Source: Lama guanicoe (taxonomy: Eukaryota). Taken from it: a stretch of 64,000 nt of DNA. A program made the translations under genes and the position numbers. Position 1 is the first letter of the stretch. The number at the start of each line of letters is the position of its first letter. The stretch covers positions 994,826 through 1,058,825 of the forward strand of contig MU053561.1 of assembly GCA_013239625.1 (NCBI GenBank). Direction: 5' to 3'. Under the pieces are notes generated by a model. The model saw only the letters and a list, made by a program, of their open reading frames with translations, was not told where the DNA came from and did no database searches. Of this stretch, positions 51,728 to 64,000 are shown piece by piece.

Positions 51728-53443
51728 GTAATGGTGACTCTGGGAAGTGAAATTGTGGGCATCACCAGCATCCTAGGAAGGTTCTGTAAACTCAGTAGAT
51801 GAACCATTTGAATAGCACACTGTGCGATGTACTGTACAGGGAACAAGGATGAGGGATATGCCAATGGCCTGTGGCAGAACAACAGTCAGAAAGCAGTCAC
51901 TAGAGGTAGGAAGTCAGGACTCAGTAATGATTTGGTCTGGAATCCTCCTCATATCTCTTGAAAGAGTAGGACTGTATAGTGTCTGCCAGGGTAGCAAAAA
52001 TCAAATGGGTCTTAAGTCTAAAATTAATTCAGTTAACACTGAAAGTGATTAACATATTGCATGATTTGATTTGTGAAATACTAAGTGAGTTGAGATGATT
52101 TATTTTGGAAAGTGGAAGGAGAAGTGGCTTAGTACAGTATATTTAATCATATATCTGATGGGTTGCCCTGTGGATGGTGGAGGGGAAGAAGAGGAGAACT
52201 GGGTAAGACCTCAAGAAGAACGTCAAGTTACGGAGAATTATTCTTCATTAATATGGGTTGTGAACAAGTTGGCTTAAACAACTTTCCTTCAAAGCCATTA
52301 GACGCCAACATAGTCTCCATGTCTCTTGGATGGCTTACACAGAGTTCTTTGTCTGAAACAAGTTGTGGCTTCATTGGTCTCTTGAGCTTTCAATCAAATC
52401 AGTGATTCAGGGCTCATTTTTGAACTATTTCAGAACTTGGCCCTAAACCCATGAATTTGGAGGCGGGGTATGAAAGGAGAAGACCAAGACTAGTATGTTG
52501 TGGGGAGAGCTGGCTAAGAGAGAAGTGGTCTTGATGCAAGATGTAGGAGTAGAGATGCTTCAAATCTGTTTTAGAAGATCTTAGGAGTTGTGGTTTGGAC
52601 TGTGTGCCTCTGTTTGCCAGGGGCCGGGACCCATGTGGTCCACTAGAACTGAGTATGAGTAACAAGGAAGTGTCAGATCCATAGAGAATACTCTTCAGAA
52701 CCACAGGGCAATCAGCAGAGTCTGAAAAATTGACCTCCTTTGCTACCAACAGCATCTCATTTCCAGTGGCTTTGTGGGAAAATGATGTGAAAGATGATGA
52801 TGTTTAAAACTAGGTTCATCAAAGAAAACTCTAACTGGAAAGACTTGATGGTGTTTCTGGGAATGGTTACACTAAGTCAGAGGCCTCCGTTTTCATAGAA
52901 ATGCTGCAGAATTCAGCTAGTTAGCCAGGAAACGGTTAACAAGTGAGAAGCTTAGAGGGTTTCTGCACATGGCCGTGCTTTATAGGACAATATGGAAGAT
53001 GTTTTTAATAAGGGACTAAATCCTGAACAAGTGGCCAACAGATTATATGGTTTGCATTTGAAAGGTGAAAGGTTGCAGTAAAATACCTTTTCCATAGCTA
53101 AACACGTGGTTTCAGGATGCCTGTATGCACACAGGGGTGCAAGGCAAGGAGAGGAAGAAGAAAGAAAAAGGACTGTGAGAATGTTTTCCTTGTAAGAGCT
53201 GCAGCTTTGATCATTAACCACAACACTTCTCTGCCCTCCCCCACCCATCGTGTTCTCCATTCCCATCTCTATTTCATTTTCCCTGCTTATCCACCCTTCT
53301 CTTTTTATCCTTTGTATTCTGTTTAATCCAAACTACTCCATTCTTGTCATCTCTTTGTGTCTCCTCCTTTCTGTCCCTACTTGTTTCCTGGGCCTCTATT
53401 TGCTCCCTGCATCTATGTCTGAATTCTCCCCTCTCTGTCTCAG

Positions 53444-53615
53444 ATACGTGTATCATAGCTCCAAGTGGATGGTGGCTGGCAACGCTGATTCCCCCGTGCC
53501 CCCAAGAGTTTATATACACCCTGACTCTCTAGCTTCTGGAGATACTTGGATGAGACAGGTGGTCAGTTTCGACAAACTCAAGCTGACCAACAATGAATTG
53601 GATGATCAAGGACAT
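53444..53615 (+). CDS. TBX15: TBX15 coding exon 4 (172 nt, T-box)
   Basis: Long pyrimidine tract, acceptor ctcag| and donor |gtgagt. Translates (R)[57 protein letters not shown]. Confidence 0.96.
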
Positions 53616-54011
53616 GTGAGTCAAATAAACCTATCTTCCCCTTCCTCCCTCTTCCCCTTTTTGCTCTAGAGCTGACTAGCCCCAGGCTTTTTCAAACACG
53701 TAAAATAAGGATCTCTGTGCCACTTTGCATCATTTTAAGTAAGTGAGCATAAAAGGTTTTCTTTCGTCCTGTGAAATTACATGTATTGTAAATCTCACAT
53801 TTAGCAGACGTCTGCTGTGCATCAGGTTGTGTTTATCAGACAGTTCTTGTGCTCCAGGGACTCAGTCAAGTCAGGAGAATCCAGAGACAGAAACATAGGA
53901 CACATTTGAAAATGGTGAAAGAAATCACGTTTAGTAGAATAACCCACAGGGCAATAAACTCAGGGAGACTGTTGTAGGGACAGCGCTGGCTGTCAAGAAA
54001 TTTATGAATTT

Positions 54012-54142
54012 ACAATGGTAAACAATCTGAAAAAAAAATCTGTGTGTATATGTGTAACTGAATCACTTTGCTGTACACCTGAAACTAACATTGCAAATCG
54101 ACTACACTCCAATAAAAAATAAAAAACAGTCAAATAAAAAAA
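54012..54142 (+). mobile_element. Short sense-strand LINE-1 3' tip in intron 4
   Basis: gtaactgaatcactttgctgtacacctgaaactaac...aataaaaa. 17-bp TSD aagaaatt(t/g)atgaattt at 53995-54011 and 54143-54159. Confidence 0.9.
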
Positions 54143-54810
54143 AAGAAATTGATGAATTTGTAAGAGAAGAATAGGGTCTTAAGGCTGGCGGATAATTGGA
54201 GCACCTGATGTGACTAATTTGTATTTGGCAGTGGAATGTGTACTGAATTTTCACTGAATGCCAGGATCTGTCCTGGATACTCAGGGAAGATTGAAGAAGC
54301 TAAAACTATGGCTCCCATCTTTAAGGAAACGATTATTTTCTGAGGACGGGAGAATGCCCATATACCACTCACTCTCACATGACATAAGAGAATGCCCATA
54401 AATTCAAGAACAAAGTGCAAATAATAGCTTGTAGAATTTAAAGACACAGGAGTCCATTTAAAGACAGAAAATTTGAAGCAGGAGGTTCTGAGACATCTTG
54501 GTTCGAGTGTCGTCTACTGGTACCAGAAACAATTCATTCAGTATTTGGCCAATTAAAGCAAACATATCACATCCACTACCTGCGCTTGGGCCGCTCTGCC
54601 ACGTGGTCCCATGTGATGTGATGCTCTCCAGTCACTTAGTGCTTCCAGCCACGGGCAAGCTCGCTGATTTCCAGTTTCCTATACGTCCAACCCCCGATCT
54701 GTGCTCCTCCTATAATGCTTTTATCCCATAATTTTATTGGTATGGGAGCTTGAAAAGATATAGGGGCCATAGAGGCAACCCTGGAATAATGTTTCCCCTT
54801 CTCCTTTCAG

Positions 54811-54978
54811 ATCATTCTCCACTCTATGCACAAATACCAGCCTCGAGTTCACGTGATTCGCAAGGATTTCAGCAGCGACCTTTCGCCCACCAAACCCGTC
54901 CCGGTTGGGGATGGAGTGAAAACATTCAACTTTCCTGAGACCGTGTTCACCACAGTCACGGCCTATCAGAACCAGCAG
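54811..54978 (+). CDS. TBX15: TBX15 coding exon 5 (168 nt, T-box)
   Basis: Acceptor ctttcag| and donor |gtgaga, phase 0. Translates [56 protein letters not shown]. Confidence 0.96.
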
Positions 54979-55499
54979 GTGAGAGGCTGCCTCTGAGAGT
55001 GTCCTGCAGCAGCTGCTTCTGAGGGAGCTTATTCATGCTTTTGTAAGCAGTGCTGAGTCCTCCTACATGGCACTGACATGCTGGAACGAGAGACACCAGG
55101 CCGGCAGCGCACACGCGGCATGAGTGATGACAAGGCGGTAATGCCTAATAGCAGCTGTCATAGGCTCGATTTAGATCACAGACAAGATCTCTGACCAAGA
55201 GGACCAAACGTCCTAAGTCATTTTCATGTCTCTCTATACTTGTACCCGTGTTCGTGATCTCTGCTGCATCCTGGCAAATGTTCCTCATCACTTGAAATTC
55301 CTGAGGTTTGATTCATTCCTTCCCTCTTATCTTCTCCGTGTATCCCCCCCATCAGACTACATCAAAGCCATCAAGCCTCTAAAATTCTACATCAGACCCA
55401 CTGCTTCCGTTTACACTTTCAGACTAAATTTGCCTGCAGAGGTTCACCAGCCACACCCTAAGATGCGTATGTTTTGATGTCAGTAATATATTCACTGGC

Positions 55500-55760
55500 T
55501 CTATAAGTATTTATTGAGAACTTACAATATTCTAAGCTTAGTAGAGAAACGGATCAGATTGAGACTGACTTCTCCCTAAGCAAAGAAGAGTTTTAGTTGA
55601 GTGAGAGACACAGAAATACATAATGATAATACAATGGAATAACTTTATGACGGAGATGTAGACAAGGTGTTTCCTTTGTTTCGGGGAGTGAGGGAAGTTT
55701 TCCTGGAGGAAGTGATGCTTTTTCTGACATTGGACACACAAAGGAATTAGCCAGACAGAT
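55500..55760 (-). mobile_element. L2 relic
   Basis: aagtatttattgagaactta...cagggaag-like ttttcctggaggaagtgatg pattern of the reverse L2 3' end. Confidence 0.55.
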
Positions 55761-57029
55761 GGAGGAGGTACATGGGGAGGGGAGGGGAAGAGAGAGGCCA
55801 GTCTGGAATTACTATGGGTATTTTAAACAATGTTCCTCTTTTGTGAGAAGAGTGACTAGATGGATTTACAAGTCATCTGACTTTATGCAGCTCTCTATAA
55901 GTGGCATGTGAGTCTCACTTTTATAAGTTAGATTGTATTTCCTTTTTCGGTAAATTGTCTAATTAATAGGATCCTGCAGTGAATCCCTTTCAGAAACAGA
56001 GTTTTTGCTTGTTTATTTTGCTTGAAAGTCTACATAATTTTACTTTGGGCCTGCTTGGAGCAAAAAGGAACTTATAGTACTCAATAGCTTTTGTATTGGG
56101 TACAATGCTTAGTGCTCTGACAAAGAAAACAATAGAGGAAAAATATTCATTTATTAAATATTTATCGGGTGCTTATGGTGTGCCAGGCAGGTGAGGGTGA
56201 GTTATATAATCTTTAGTTCACATAGAAAGAGTCTATCTTTCATAGCACCATCTGGATAAAATTCCTTGGATGCTTTTTACCTTCAGAGAAATTTGATATA
56301 CAACAACCCTTAGTTTGATCAATGTTAAGTACTGTATCATTGTGGGGCTTTCTCAGCAGCTGTAAAAGTGTTCCCAACTTCAGATTCTTCTTTTAGATGC
56401 CACATTTGATCTAAAGTAGAAGACCTTTAGTTTGCTATGAGCACTATTTAAAAATTACTAAGTGCTCTCAAGCTCCTCAGAGAGTAAAATTGCAGAGGTC
56501 ATGGAGGGTCCTTACATAAAACTTTAATAATTGGGATTTTTCAAGCTCTGATACAAGATGGAACAGTAGTATAGACATGGCCTTTGGAGTAACTGGAACC
56601 TTGGGATTAACTGTGTTACAGAAGAAGGAGGGTGTGAGTCTAAGTTCTTTGAATAATTGCTTGGACATTTTCCAAGACTACCCCAGCCATCATTTTAATC
56701 GTAACTTTCTCATGAAGGCAGAGAGATGTGGCTGTAAATACCACATTAGAAACGGGAACACTGATGTGTGACCATTCTACTGCCTCGCTGAGATCATCAG
56801 TTCTAGAAGCCAAGAGGGTCAATATTGTAGCCCAAGCTGGAACGTGAAGGCTGCAACTCACTGTGGCAATGAAAGAAGACCAAACATGGGTACCTGAAAT
56901 CCCTTTCACTTCCTCTGCTTTACCCCATAGACAGTGTTCCTGCATCTGAGGAGATTCTTCTCATATAAATATTCTGTCTGTATCTGGACTTGAGTGGGGC
57001 AGTGGTGGTTCAGTGGGGGTGGGGTACCA

Positions 57030-57430
57030 TGACTAAGATCATGGGATTTGGTAGTAAACATATCTGGTTTGATTTCCAGCCTTTTTACTGATGAATTGTG
57101 TGACCTTGAGCAAGGTTCTTTTTTTTATTATAACTTTTTTTACTGAATTATAGTCAGTTTACAATGTTGTTTCAATTTCCAGTGTACAGCACAATTTTTC
57201 GGTTATACGTGAACATACATATATTCATTGTCACTTTCTTTCTCGCTTTGAGCTACCACAAGATCTTGTATATATTTCCCTGTGCTTTACAGTATACTTG
57301 AGCAAGTTTCTTAACTCCTTTCAGCTTGTGTTTCCTGATCTGAAAACATCCTGGCCTCACAGGACTGGACTAGATAAGGGAAACTTACATGAAGTCACTG
57401 ACACAAACCTGGCATCCAGTTAGGTAGTCA
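57030..57430 (+). mobile_element. MIR relic interrupted by a young L1 tip
   Basis: tgtgtgaccttgagcaag...cttaactc...gtttcctgatctgaaaa reads as a continuous MIR core once 57121-57296 and one TSD copy are removed. Confidence 0.75.
57121..57296 (-). mobile_element. Young LINE-1 3' tip, same family as 16122-18576
   Basis: Highly similar to about 16135-16290 (e.g. gagctaccacaagatcttgtatatatttccctgtgct). 16-bp TSD cttgagcaag(g/t)ttctt at 57105-57120 and 57297-57312. Confidence 0.92.
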
Positions 57431-60400
57431 GCCTACATTCCTAAATGGCTGTGTGGGCACAGGCCTGAAGGACAGTGGGGAGGAGGCACTTTTAAAGAAT
57501 AAGTTGCTTATTAAGGAGCATGCGAGTTGCTGGGAATTGGAAGAGTTACTTTGGGTCACAAAGGTATTACATTCAACAGGTAACTACTTTCATCTCTCTG
57601 TTCTCATGTCGTGTTGGTGAATTCATGATGTGCTGACATTCAAAATAGATGAGTCATACTCAATTCCGCCCATTTTAAAATCAAGATAACAGCTTTTGCC
57701 TGTTTAACAAGCCTCCAGTCCCTGGATAAATCAATAAGCATGATTGTTTAACATTCCCTTTGGCTGTGTAGGTATGATTTAATAGAACCCAGTGCCTTCT
57801 AATAGAGCAAACTAACCCCAGGTCTTTCCCCCGGGAATCTGGAGGCCTGTGTCCTGTAAGTCCGAGCTGTTACCTAACAGTGATTCTCAGGCTTGTCATG
57901 AAGATGCCGAGTAGTATCGGCTGTTCTCTTTTGTGAGCTGTATTCAGCGATTACTGTCTTTTTCCTTCCCTTAAACTTCTAGATTAAGAACAAATAATAT
58001 TTTATGGCAAAGTTGTTTACTTCATACATTTTTTTTAAGGGAAGGGTTAGGAGGACTAGGAGAAGGGAAAGAGGAAAGAGTCAGTGAGAAATCCTCATCG
58101 TTTCCAGGAACTTGTTTGGAGGAACACAATGCAGGCAGGACAACAGATGGAATGAAATTGAAATGAACTGTTACCCAGCCTTCCAAAGGAAAGGCAGTGT
58201 CCTGGTCCACAGACAGCAATGGCTGGACATTTGGGTTTTAGTCCTAAATTCTCCACCAGCTAGCTATGTCACTTTGAGCAAATTATTTTGTCTCTCTGGA
58301 CCTCAATTTCTTCTTCTAGGAAATTTGCTGTTGGCATCTGCTTCCTAAGGTCTCTGCTAGCTTTAAATTTATAATTTCTCCATCCCTTTTCTCTGCATGC
58401 TTTTACATGAGAGTAGTAAGGAGCAGTTTATTGTTATCAAATAGGCAATTGACTCATGATTTTCAAGTGCTGAAAAATTATTAAGAGTATTCATGTCCGT
58501 AAACTTTGTTTAACCCCCACAATATTTTAGACCAACATAGTTTTAGCAAGTCCACACATGAGAGGTGGGAACATGGTGTTTTGTTGCTGGTAAACAAAAT
58601 ATTCCAAACTCTACTATTCATTTGTGACTCTTTCCAGTCCTCTCCATGGTTAAAGCCTCTGTTTGCTGTTGGTTTCCATCTTGTCACCCAGGCTGGACAC
58701 CTGCCTCTCCCCACATCCAATCTGCCACCGGGTTGTTGCTTCTACTGATGGAATATTTTCTTCTTTCTAACCTCATGGCTCCCGCCCTTGTTCTGGACCT
58801 GCCTGCCTTCCACCTTGGGCTGTTACGAGAGCTTCCAGCTGAGTCACCTGGACCACAGGTTAATGTCCCATGGCCCATCACGTATATTCATTGCCAGATG
58901 GACCTAACTAAAGGACAGCTCTGATGGCCTTATTTCTCTGTGAAAACATTGTCTTGACTCCTCAGTGCCTAGGGAGTAAAGTCCAGGATCCCAAGTGTTT
59001 CAATAAAGGGCCTCATGGCTAATTATCAACACCATTTTTAGGCTCTTTTTCCATTAACCTCAAGAGCTCAGCAATCTAGTTAGTCTTCCTGTTGTCTGTA
59101 CTTGGTAGTTGTCTTGCCTTTGCTTGTGGTGTTGTTTACCAGGAATGCCCTTTCCCTGCATTTTCCTGTCTAGATTCCTTCTATTCTTCAAGTTGCGTGC
59201 AAGTGCTATCCCTTACAACTTACCTTATATTTTTTTCAGCTGCAGATGAACTTTCCCCCACTCTCTCTCTCTCTCGTGACCCTTGTCACATTCGCACCTG
59301 TGTGTGTGTGTTTCCAATCTTCCTCTCAATAATCTGAGCTTTTTGAGCACAAAAGCTGTACAAAAACCAATGTGATATGGTGGAAAACACCAGGTCAGGG
59401 GTTAAGAGACTTGACTCTAGACCCAACATTGTGCTGACAGACTGTACTGCCTTTGACAAATCACTCCACCTCAGTTTTCTCGTTTGCAAACTGATGGTTT
59501 GTCTGAATCAGTGCTTCTCAGTCGCCAGTCTATGGAGAAGTTTTTTATGATCCACTGAAAGATGAGAAAAAAAAAGACAGCATAGGAACTTTTATACATG
59601 TGAACATTCATTTTAAGAGACTGTGTATTATTTTGTTTTGTCCCCTTGACTTTTTTTTTTGTAACTAAAATGTCATTTATTTTACAAAATAATGATGGCA
59701 GGAAATAGTAGACAGCTATTAATTCTCTTTATTTGGTAGAATAAAACATTGGAAGATCAGTGTCGATCCCTCAAATGTCAGAAGGGGAGGGGGTTAGAAT
59801 TGCCTGATGACATTTTGAAGCCCAGAAGCCACTAATTAGGAGGAAGAACACCTCCATCTCCATCATTCTAAGATACCTGTGTCTATGCCATCGTGTCTGG
59901 CACTGACTATATACTTGGAAAATGACTGAAAGAGTAATTAGCCAGCGTACCTCTACTACCAGTTTCCTTATGTTTTTGTGGTTCTGCTTCTTTGGCCATA
60001 AGCAATAATGAAGTGTGAAGAAAGAGGTTTCTATTTTCATGCAATAGTTTGTGCTTTGCTTTCCCCCTTTCCCAGCCCTCCTTCTCACCCTTGCTGACCC
60101 AGAGGCCCCCAGGGCTGCTAGGCATACTGAAGTTATTCTTACTATTATTTGCTCTCGGGGTGCCAACTTGGCAGGCCTGTGGCAGAGAGGAAAGTACGCC
60201 ATGCTCGGACTCTCTTCACGGAGAAGAAGGTGGTAGAAGCGGGAATAAAGGTGATCCTACACTTTCTGCTTTTTCTTGGAAGAAGCTGACGCCAACATGT
60301 CCTCATGGAATTAGCAGGAAATTTCCATTGCAGAGTCCTTGTCCTTTCTAAGGGAAAAAGACTGTTGAACCTTGATTTTTTTTTCCACAAAAAGGAAACT

Positions 60401-61214
60401 AGATTTTCAAAATGACACGGCCCCGCTCTCCTTAGGTAACACAGTCTTATTTCTTGATGAGAATTGGCTGCATGAACTAGATAGGAAGTCTGAAACCACA
60501 GGCAGGTTTGTGTAAGTAAATCCAATAGGATTTCTGAGCCACTCATTGTATCTTGAACTATTCAGCCAGTTTTGTTCCAATCAAATCAGTGCTGAATTTT
60601 TTTTTCATGTGGGCTTAAATTTTTTTTTTTATCCTGATGGGATGCTTTTAAAGCAATATGGTAAAAAAAAAAAGAATAATGAATAGAATGCTAATAAGGG
60701 AAATCTCATGGGGCCTAGGTCCTATGAAATTGTACTCTGGATATTCAAGTTTCATTTTCTTTGTAGGTTGTGCTGTTGATGTCTGCACTGTGCATTGTAA
60801 GGTAGACCTCATTTATTAAGTGCCTCCATGTTACTCGGCCAAATAGTGAGGGGAAATGATTAAAATTAATGGTGGCAAGCCAGTAACCACCCCCTTACGT
60901 GCCACAGTCTTCAATAACTCAGACGACACAAATCAGGATAAGGGTATGGAAATAAAATCAGTGAAGAAAAATGCCTCCACAACCTCTACATTTTCCATGT
61001 CGCCTCTACATTGGACCAGGTTTGAACATGGCTTCTGTAAAATAGCTTTAGCTGCACAGGAGGTTACTAATAGACCTTGTTCTGACTGGAGGGACTTTTC
61101 AGACTTTTGTCTGTAATGCCTACAATGAAAGCAAATAGGACTGAAGGAATTGTTTGGTCTGTATTCTCTAAGGCTTGTTATGGCGCTGGGACTGGTGGTT
61201 CCTGGTTCCCACAT

Positions 61215-61910
61215 TCTCATTCATTTGTGCATGCATTCATTGAACATATATTCATGGAGCATTCATGGAGCATACTAGGTTCTGCTTTATAAAGTGGTAT
61301 GTAAAATAGACAAGGTTCCTACTTGCAGTCTAGGGGGAGAGAAGGATAGTAAATATGTAAACAACAAAATAAATGTATAATTACCAACTGGGTTAAGATT
61401 AAAGATAGAATTAAAGAAGGTGTAGTTACAGAGAGTGGCAGAAATGTCCTATTTTGGAGGGATGACCAAGGAAGACCTCTCTTAGGAGATAACATTTAGA
61501 CCAAGACTTAGAACGAGGAGTCAGCTCTCTGAAGAGCAGAGAAAGATCATTTTGGTCTGGGAGGGAGAGTGAGGGGACAGAGCAGGAAAAGAGCTTGGCA
61601 TATGGCAGCACTGAGAGCAGTTCAGTTGACCTGGAACCTGTGGACCAGATTCAGAGGAGTGCGGGTGGGGAGGAAGAGGTCGGCTGGAGTCAGGGCACGG
61701 TGGCCCTACAAGGCCAGGCAAGGAGTTTGGATCGCGTGCTGAGCATAGTGGTAGGCACGGAAGAGAATGACATAATCTCCGTGTTCACAGAGGTCACTTT
61801 GGTTGCTGGGTGGAGAAGAGATTGGACAGGGACAAGAGTGGAAGATGGGAGATCAGTTGGAAGGTTTAGAGTGGTTTAGTCAAAAGATGACAGTGACCTT
61901 CTCTAACATG
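61215..61910 (-). mobile_element. L2 (LINE-2) relic
   Basis: tcattcattt...cattcattgaacatatatt..., agtctagggggaga, aaggagtttggat, aggtcactttggttgctgggtggagaagagattgg pattern. Confidence 0.75.
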
Positions 61911-62999
61911 GGGAGGGGGAGATCAACAACCATATGGGGGTCTCAATAAAAACAATTGTAGGGTAGGGTTGACAACTGACTATTCAAATAAGCCCCCCTG
62001 CTACTCCAGATGGCCTCCAGATGTCTGGTGCATGAGCAGGGGCAGAGGCAGAGGGGTTCCTGCGTCCTCACTGGTTGCTCTGGGTCCCTGTGCTGTCCTC
62101 TGGGCCCCGCTGGCCTCTGCTGTGTGTTGTGGGGGGCGGGATCAGGTCTGGTCTGCTCCTTGGGTGCCTTGTGTCGATATGTGCTACTGACAGAAGACTG
62201 CTGAACTTGGGCTTTTCCGTCCTTGCCTCGGTTGGGCCTCCTGGGCCTCCCGGGCTGACGCAGCCTCACCTCAGGTCTCATCCAGGTCCTCTGGTTGGTT
62301 CCTGCCTAGGCTGCGGCACCTCTGTTGGGGGTCACCCAGCCTTCTCTGTCATGGCACGTGAGGACCTCTGAGTCCCTGACCCACCATGGAAGGGCCGTGG
62401 AAGGCTTGGGGATCCTAACTCAGTCCTCTTCCTGCGGCATTTATACCGATGCAGCTAGCCCCGCGTGTGCAAGGAGGTCGCCCTGCCGGTGTTCCTCTGA
62501 GCCTCCCCACCCCTACCCCAGGATTTTGGTTTGAGTCGGGGAGCTAAGGCGCATGGAAGTCTAACTGCTTGCTTCTCTTTTGTCTGTTTCCTCTTTTCTC
62601 ATGCTCCACTGGAGTGGAAGGGGAGGATTTTTACTTCTTTTTCTACCCGATGAGAATTCACCTTATGCCACATCCTTAGGATAGCAGGCTGTCCTTGGCA
62701 TCCCTTTCTGTACTGTAGAGGATGAGATCTGGGTCTACCAGGTGGCACTTGATCAGGAGCCAAGGGACTACTAGAGACTAAGGATTACTGAGGTTGCGAA
62801 CACACTGATTTATTCCTCCAAAATACTGTCCTCGTTACCTTGGTATTTGGAGAAAGAGCTGGAGCTATCAGCACAGTCAGTAACTGGGATCCTACCTGGA
62901 GTTGTATGGCTAAATTTGCTCTCCTCTACCTGGATGCCTGCGGGGTAGTCAAGACTGTCCCTGACGGGACAGCCTCTCAGCTTTTCCTGTCACTACTTC

Positions 63000-63475
63000 T
63001 CTTCCTGTGTACCCTGTGCTCTGGTCAACTTGGACTCCTCAGTGTATCTTGAAAAGGCTTCATTCTTTCCTGCTTCCATTCTATGACTCAACATAGGACC
63101 TTTCTTGTGAAACACGTCCCTTGTTCCTTTCTCCCCATTTTGCATTTTTCATTAAACTCCTGAGCATCCTTCAGGGCTCGGCTCACGTGCTCCCTCTAAG
63201 GTGACACCTTGGAGCCCGTCAGCTCAGAACCATCACTGCCTCCTCTAAGCTCTCGGGGAACTTTGCCTTTATTTCGAACCATATCACTTTCTGTTTTACA
63301 TCGCAGTGATTAATGTATATGTCTCCTTTTTTCTCCTAGGTTGTAAGCTTCTTGGGTGGGGGGAGTGGGGACAGACGATTCACAGCTCTACACTGACTGT
63401 ACACCACTCTGTCACCTGCTACCTGTCACACTACTTTGCACACGGATGGCACTTGATCATGAATAAATCATGAGG
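63000..63475 (+). mobile_element. L2 relic
   Basis: Pyrimidine-rich body with catccttcagggctcggctcacgtg, ctaggttgtaagcttcttg and a tail-like gcacttgatcatgaataaat. Confidence 0.5.
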
Positions 63476-64000
63476 AGCACAATCAGGCTCTTCATAAAGC
63501 TCCCTAAACCCCACGTTAAAAGCTTTGAAACAAGTAGGGAGGTGTTGTGTTTCCTAATATTTGTGGCATTTGTCTATTAAATCCCCACGCAGACCCCTGG
63601 GCCTGACACACAGGGAGCTGTGGGAAACAGCTTTCAACCACTTCTCCCAGACCCATGAAATAAAGTGTCATTATATTTACAGGGCTCTGTGCCCCCAAAA
63701 CATGGCAGTACAACTGTCTATCAGAAACCCCTGTCATAAATGAGTTGGACAGGATAAGCCAACTTGAAAGAGAAAATAAAATATTATAACCCCAACTTGA
63801 AAAGAAAATACGGTGTGTGGTTTATTGCCATGGATTATGGAGGAAGAAAACTGATTTTAAGTCAAAAACAGAAAAGCAGTGACAGTCTTTAAACCCAATA
63901 CAGTCCTCACAGGGCAGACACTAGACTTTGGAAAGCCAAGGCTTCAGGCTCCTGCTCTGGTCTATAAAACAGACGTAAAATGGCTTTTGCTTCGTTACTA

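Larger units (their letters stand above)
54979..64000 (+). other. TBX15: TBX15 intron 5 (continues beyond the window)
   Basis: GT donor at 54979. The expected next exon (ITRLKIDRNPFAKGFR) was not found before position 64000. Confidence 0.75.

Noticed and set aside
53250..53669. 139-aa ORF as a standalone protein with a hydrophobic N-terminus
   Set aside because: It is exon 4 plus in-frame translation of the intronic pyrimidine tract.
47087..54978. Assignment to TBX18, TBX20 or TBX22
   Set aside because: The peptides [26 protein letters not shown] and [23 protein letters not shown] fit TBX15 as recalled.
57960..58010. Possible exon 6 after a pyrimidine tract (ttctag attaagaac)
   Set aside because: Does not encode ITRLKIDRNPFAKGF.
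61250..61273. Tandem attcatggagc duplication
   Set aside because: Local slippage within an L2 tail.
61940..62560. GC-rich stretch with several overlapping ORFs, possible exon or CpG island
   Set aside because: No TBX15 or other recognisable peptide, and CpG density looks too low for an island.
1..64000. A novel multi-gene system, CRISPR array or prokaryote-style operon
   Set aside because: The window is eukaryotic intronic DNA. There is no regularly spaced repeat-spacer array, and no long ORF outside TBX15 exons and L1 remnants.

Overview
Mammalian genomic DNA, probably camelid (inferred from the 3' ends of the youngest LINE-1 copies), lying inside the T-box transcription factor gene TBX15 on the + strand. 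About 47 kb of the long first intron is followed by four coding exons (47087-47300, 51626-51727, 53444-53615, 54811-54978). All have canonical AG/GT ends and splice in frame into the N-terminal segment and most of the T-box. I found neither exon 1 nor the exon beginning ITRLKID. The rest is intron: LINE-1 fragments of several ages (many with visible target-site duplications, TSDs), MIR and L2 relics, a MaLR LTR nested in a hAT MITE, a tRNA-Ile-headed SINE and microsatellites. Almost all ORFs in the supplied track are spurious or L1 remnants. I see no evidence of a new multi-gene biological system. The most interesting signals are atypical retrotransposition products clustered at 16-23 kb, two apparent substitutions in TBX15 exon 2, and several candidate enhancer blocks. 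Repeat family names and human comparisons come from recall, not from database searches.
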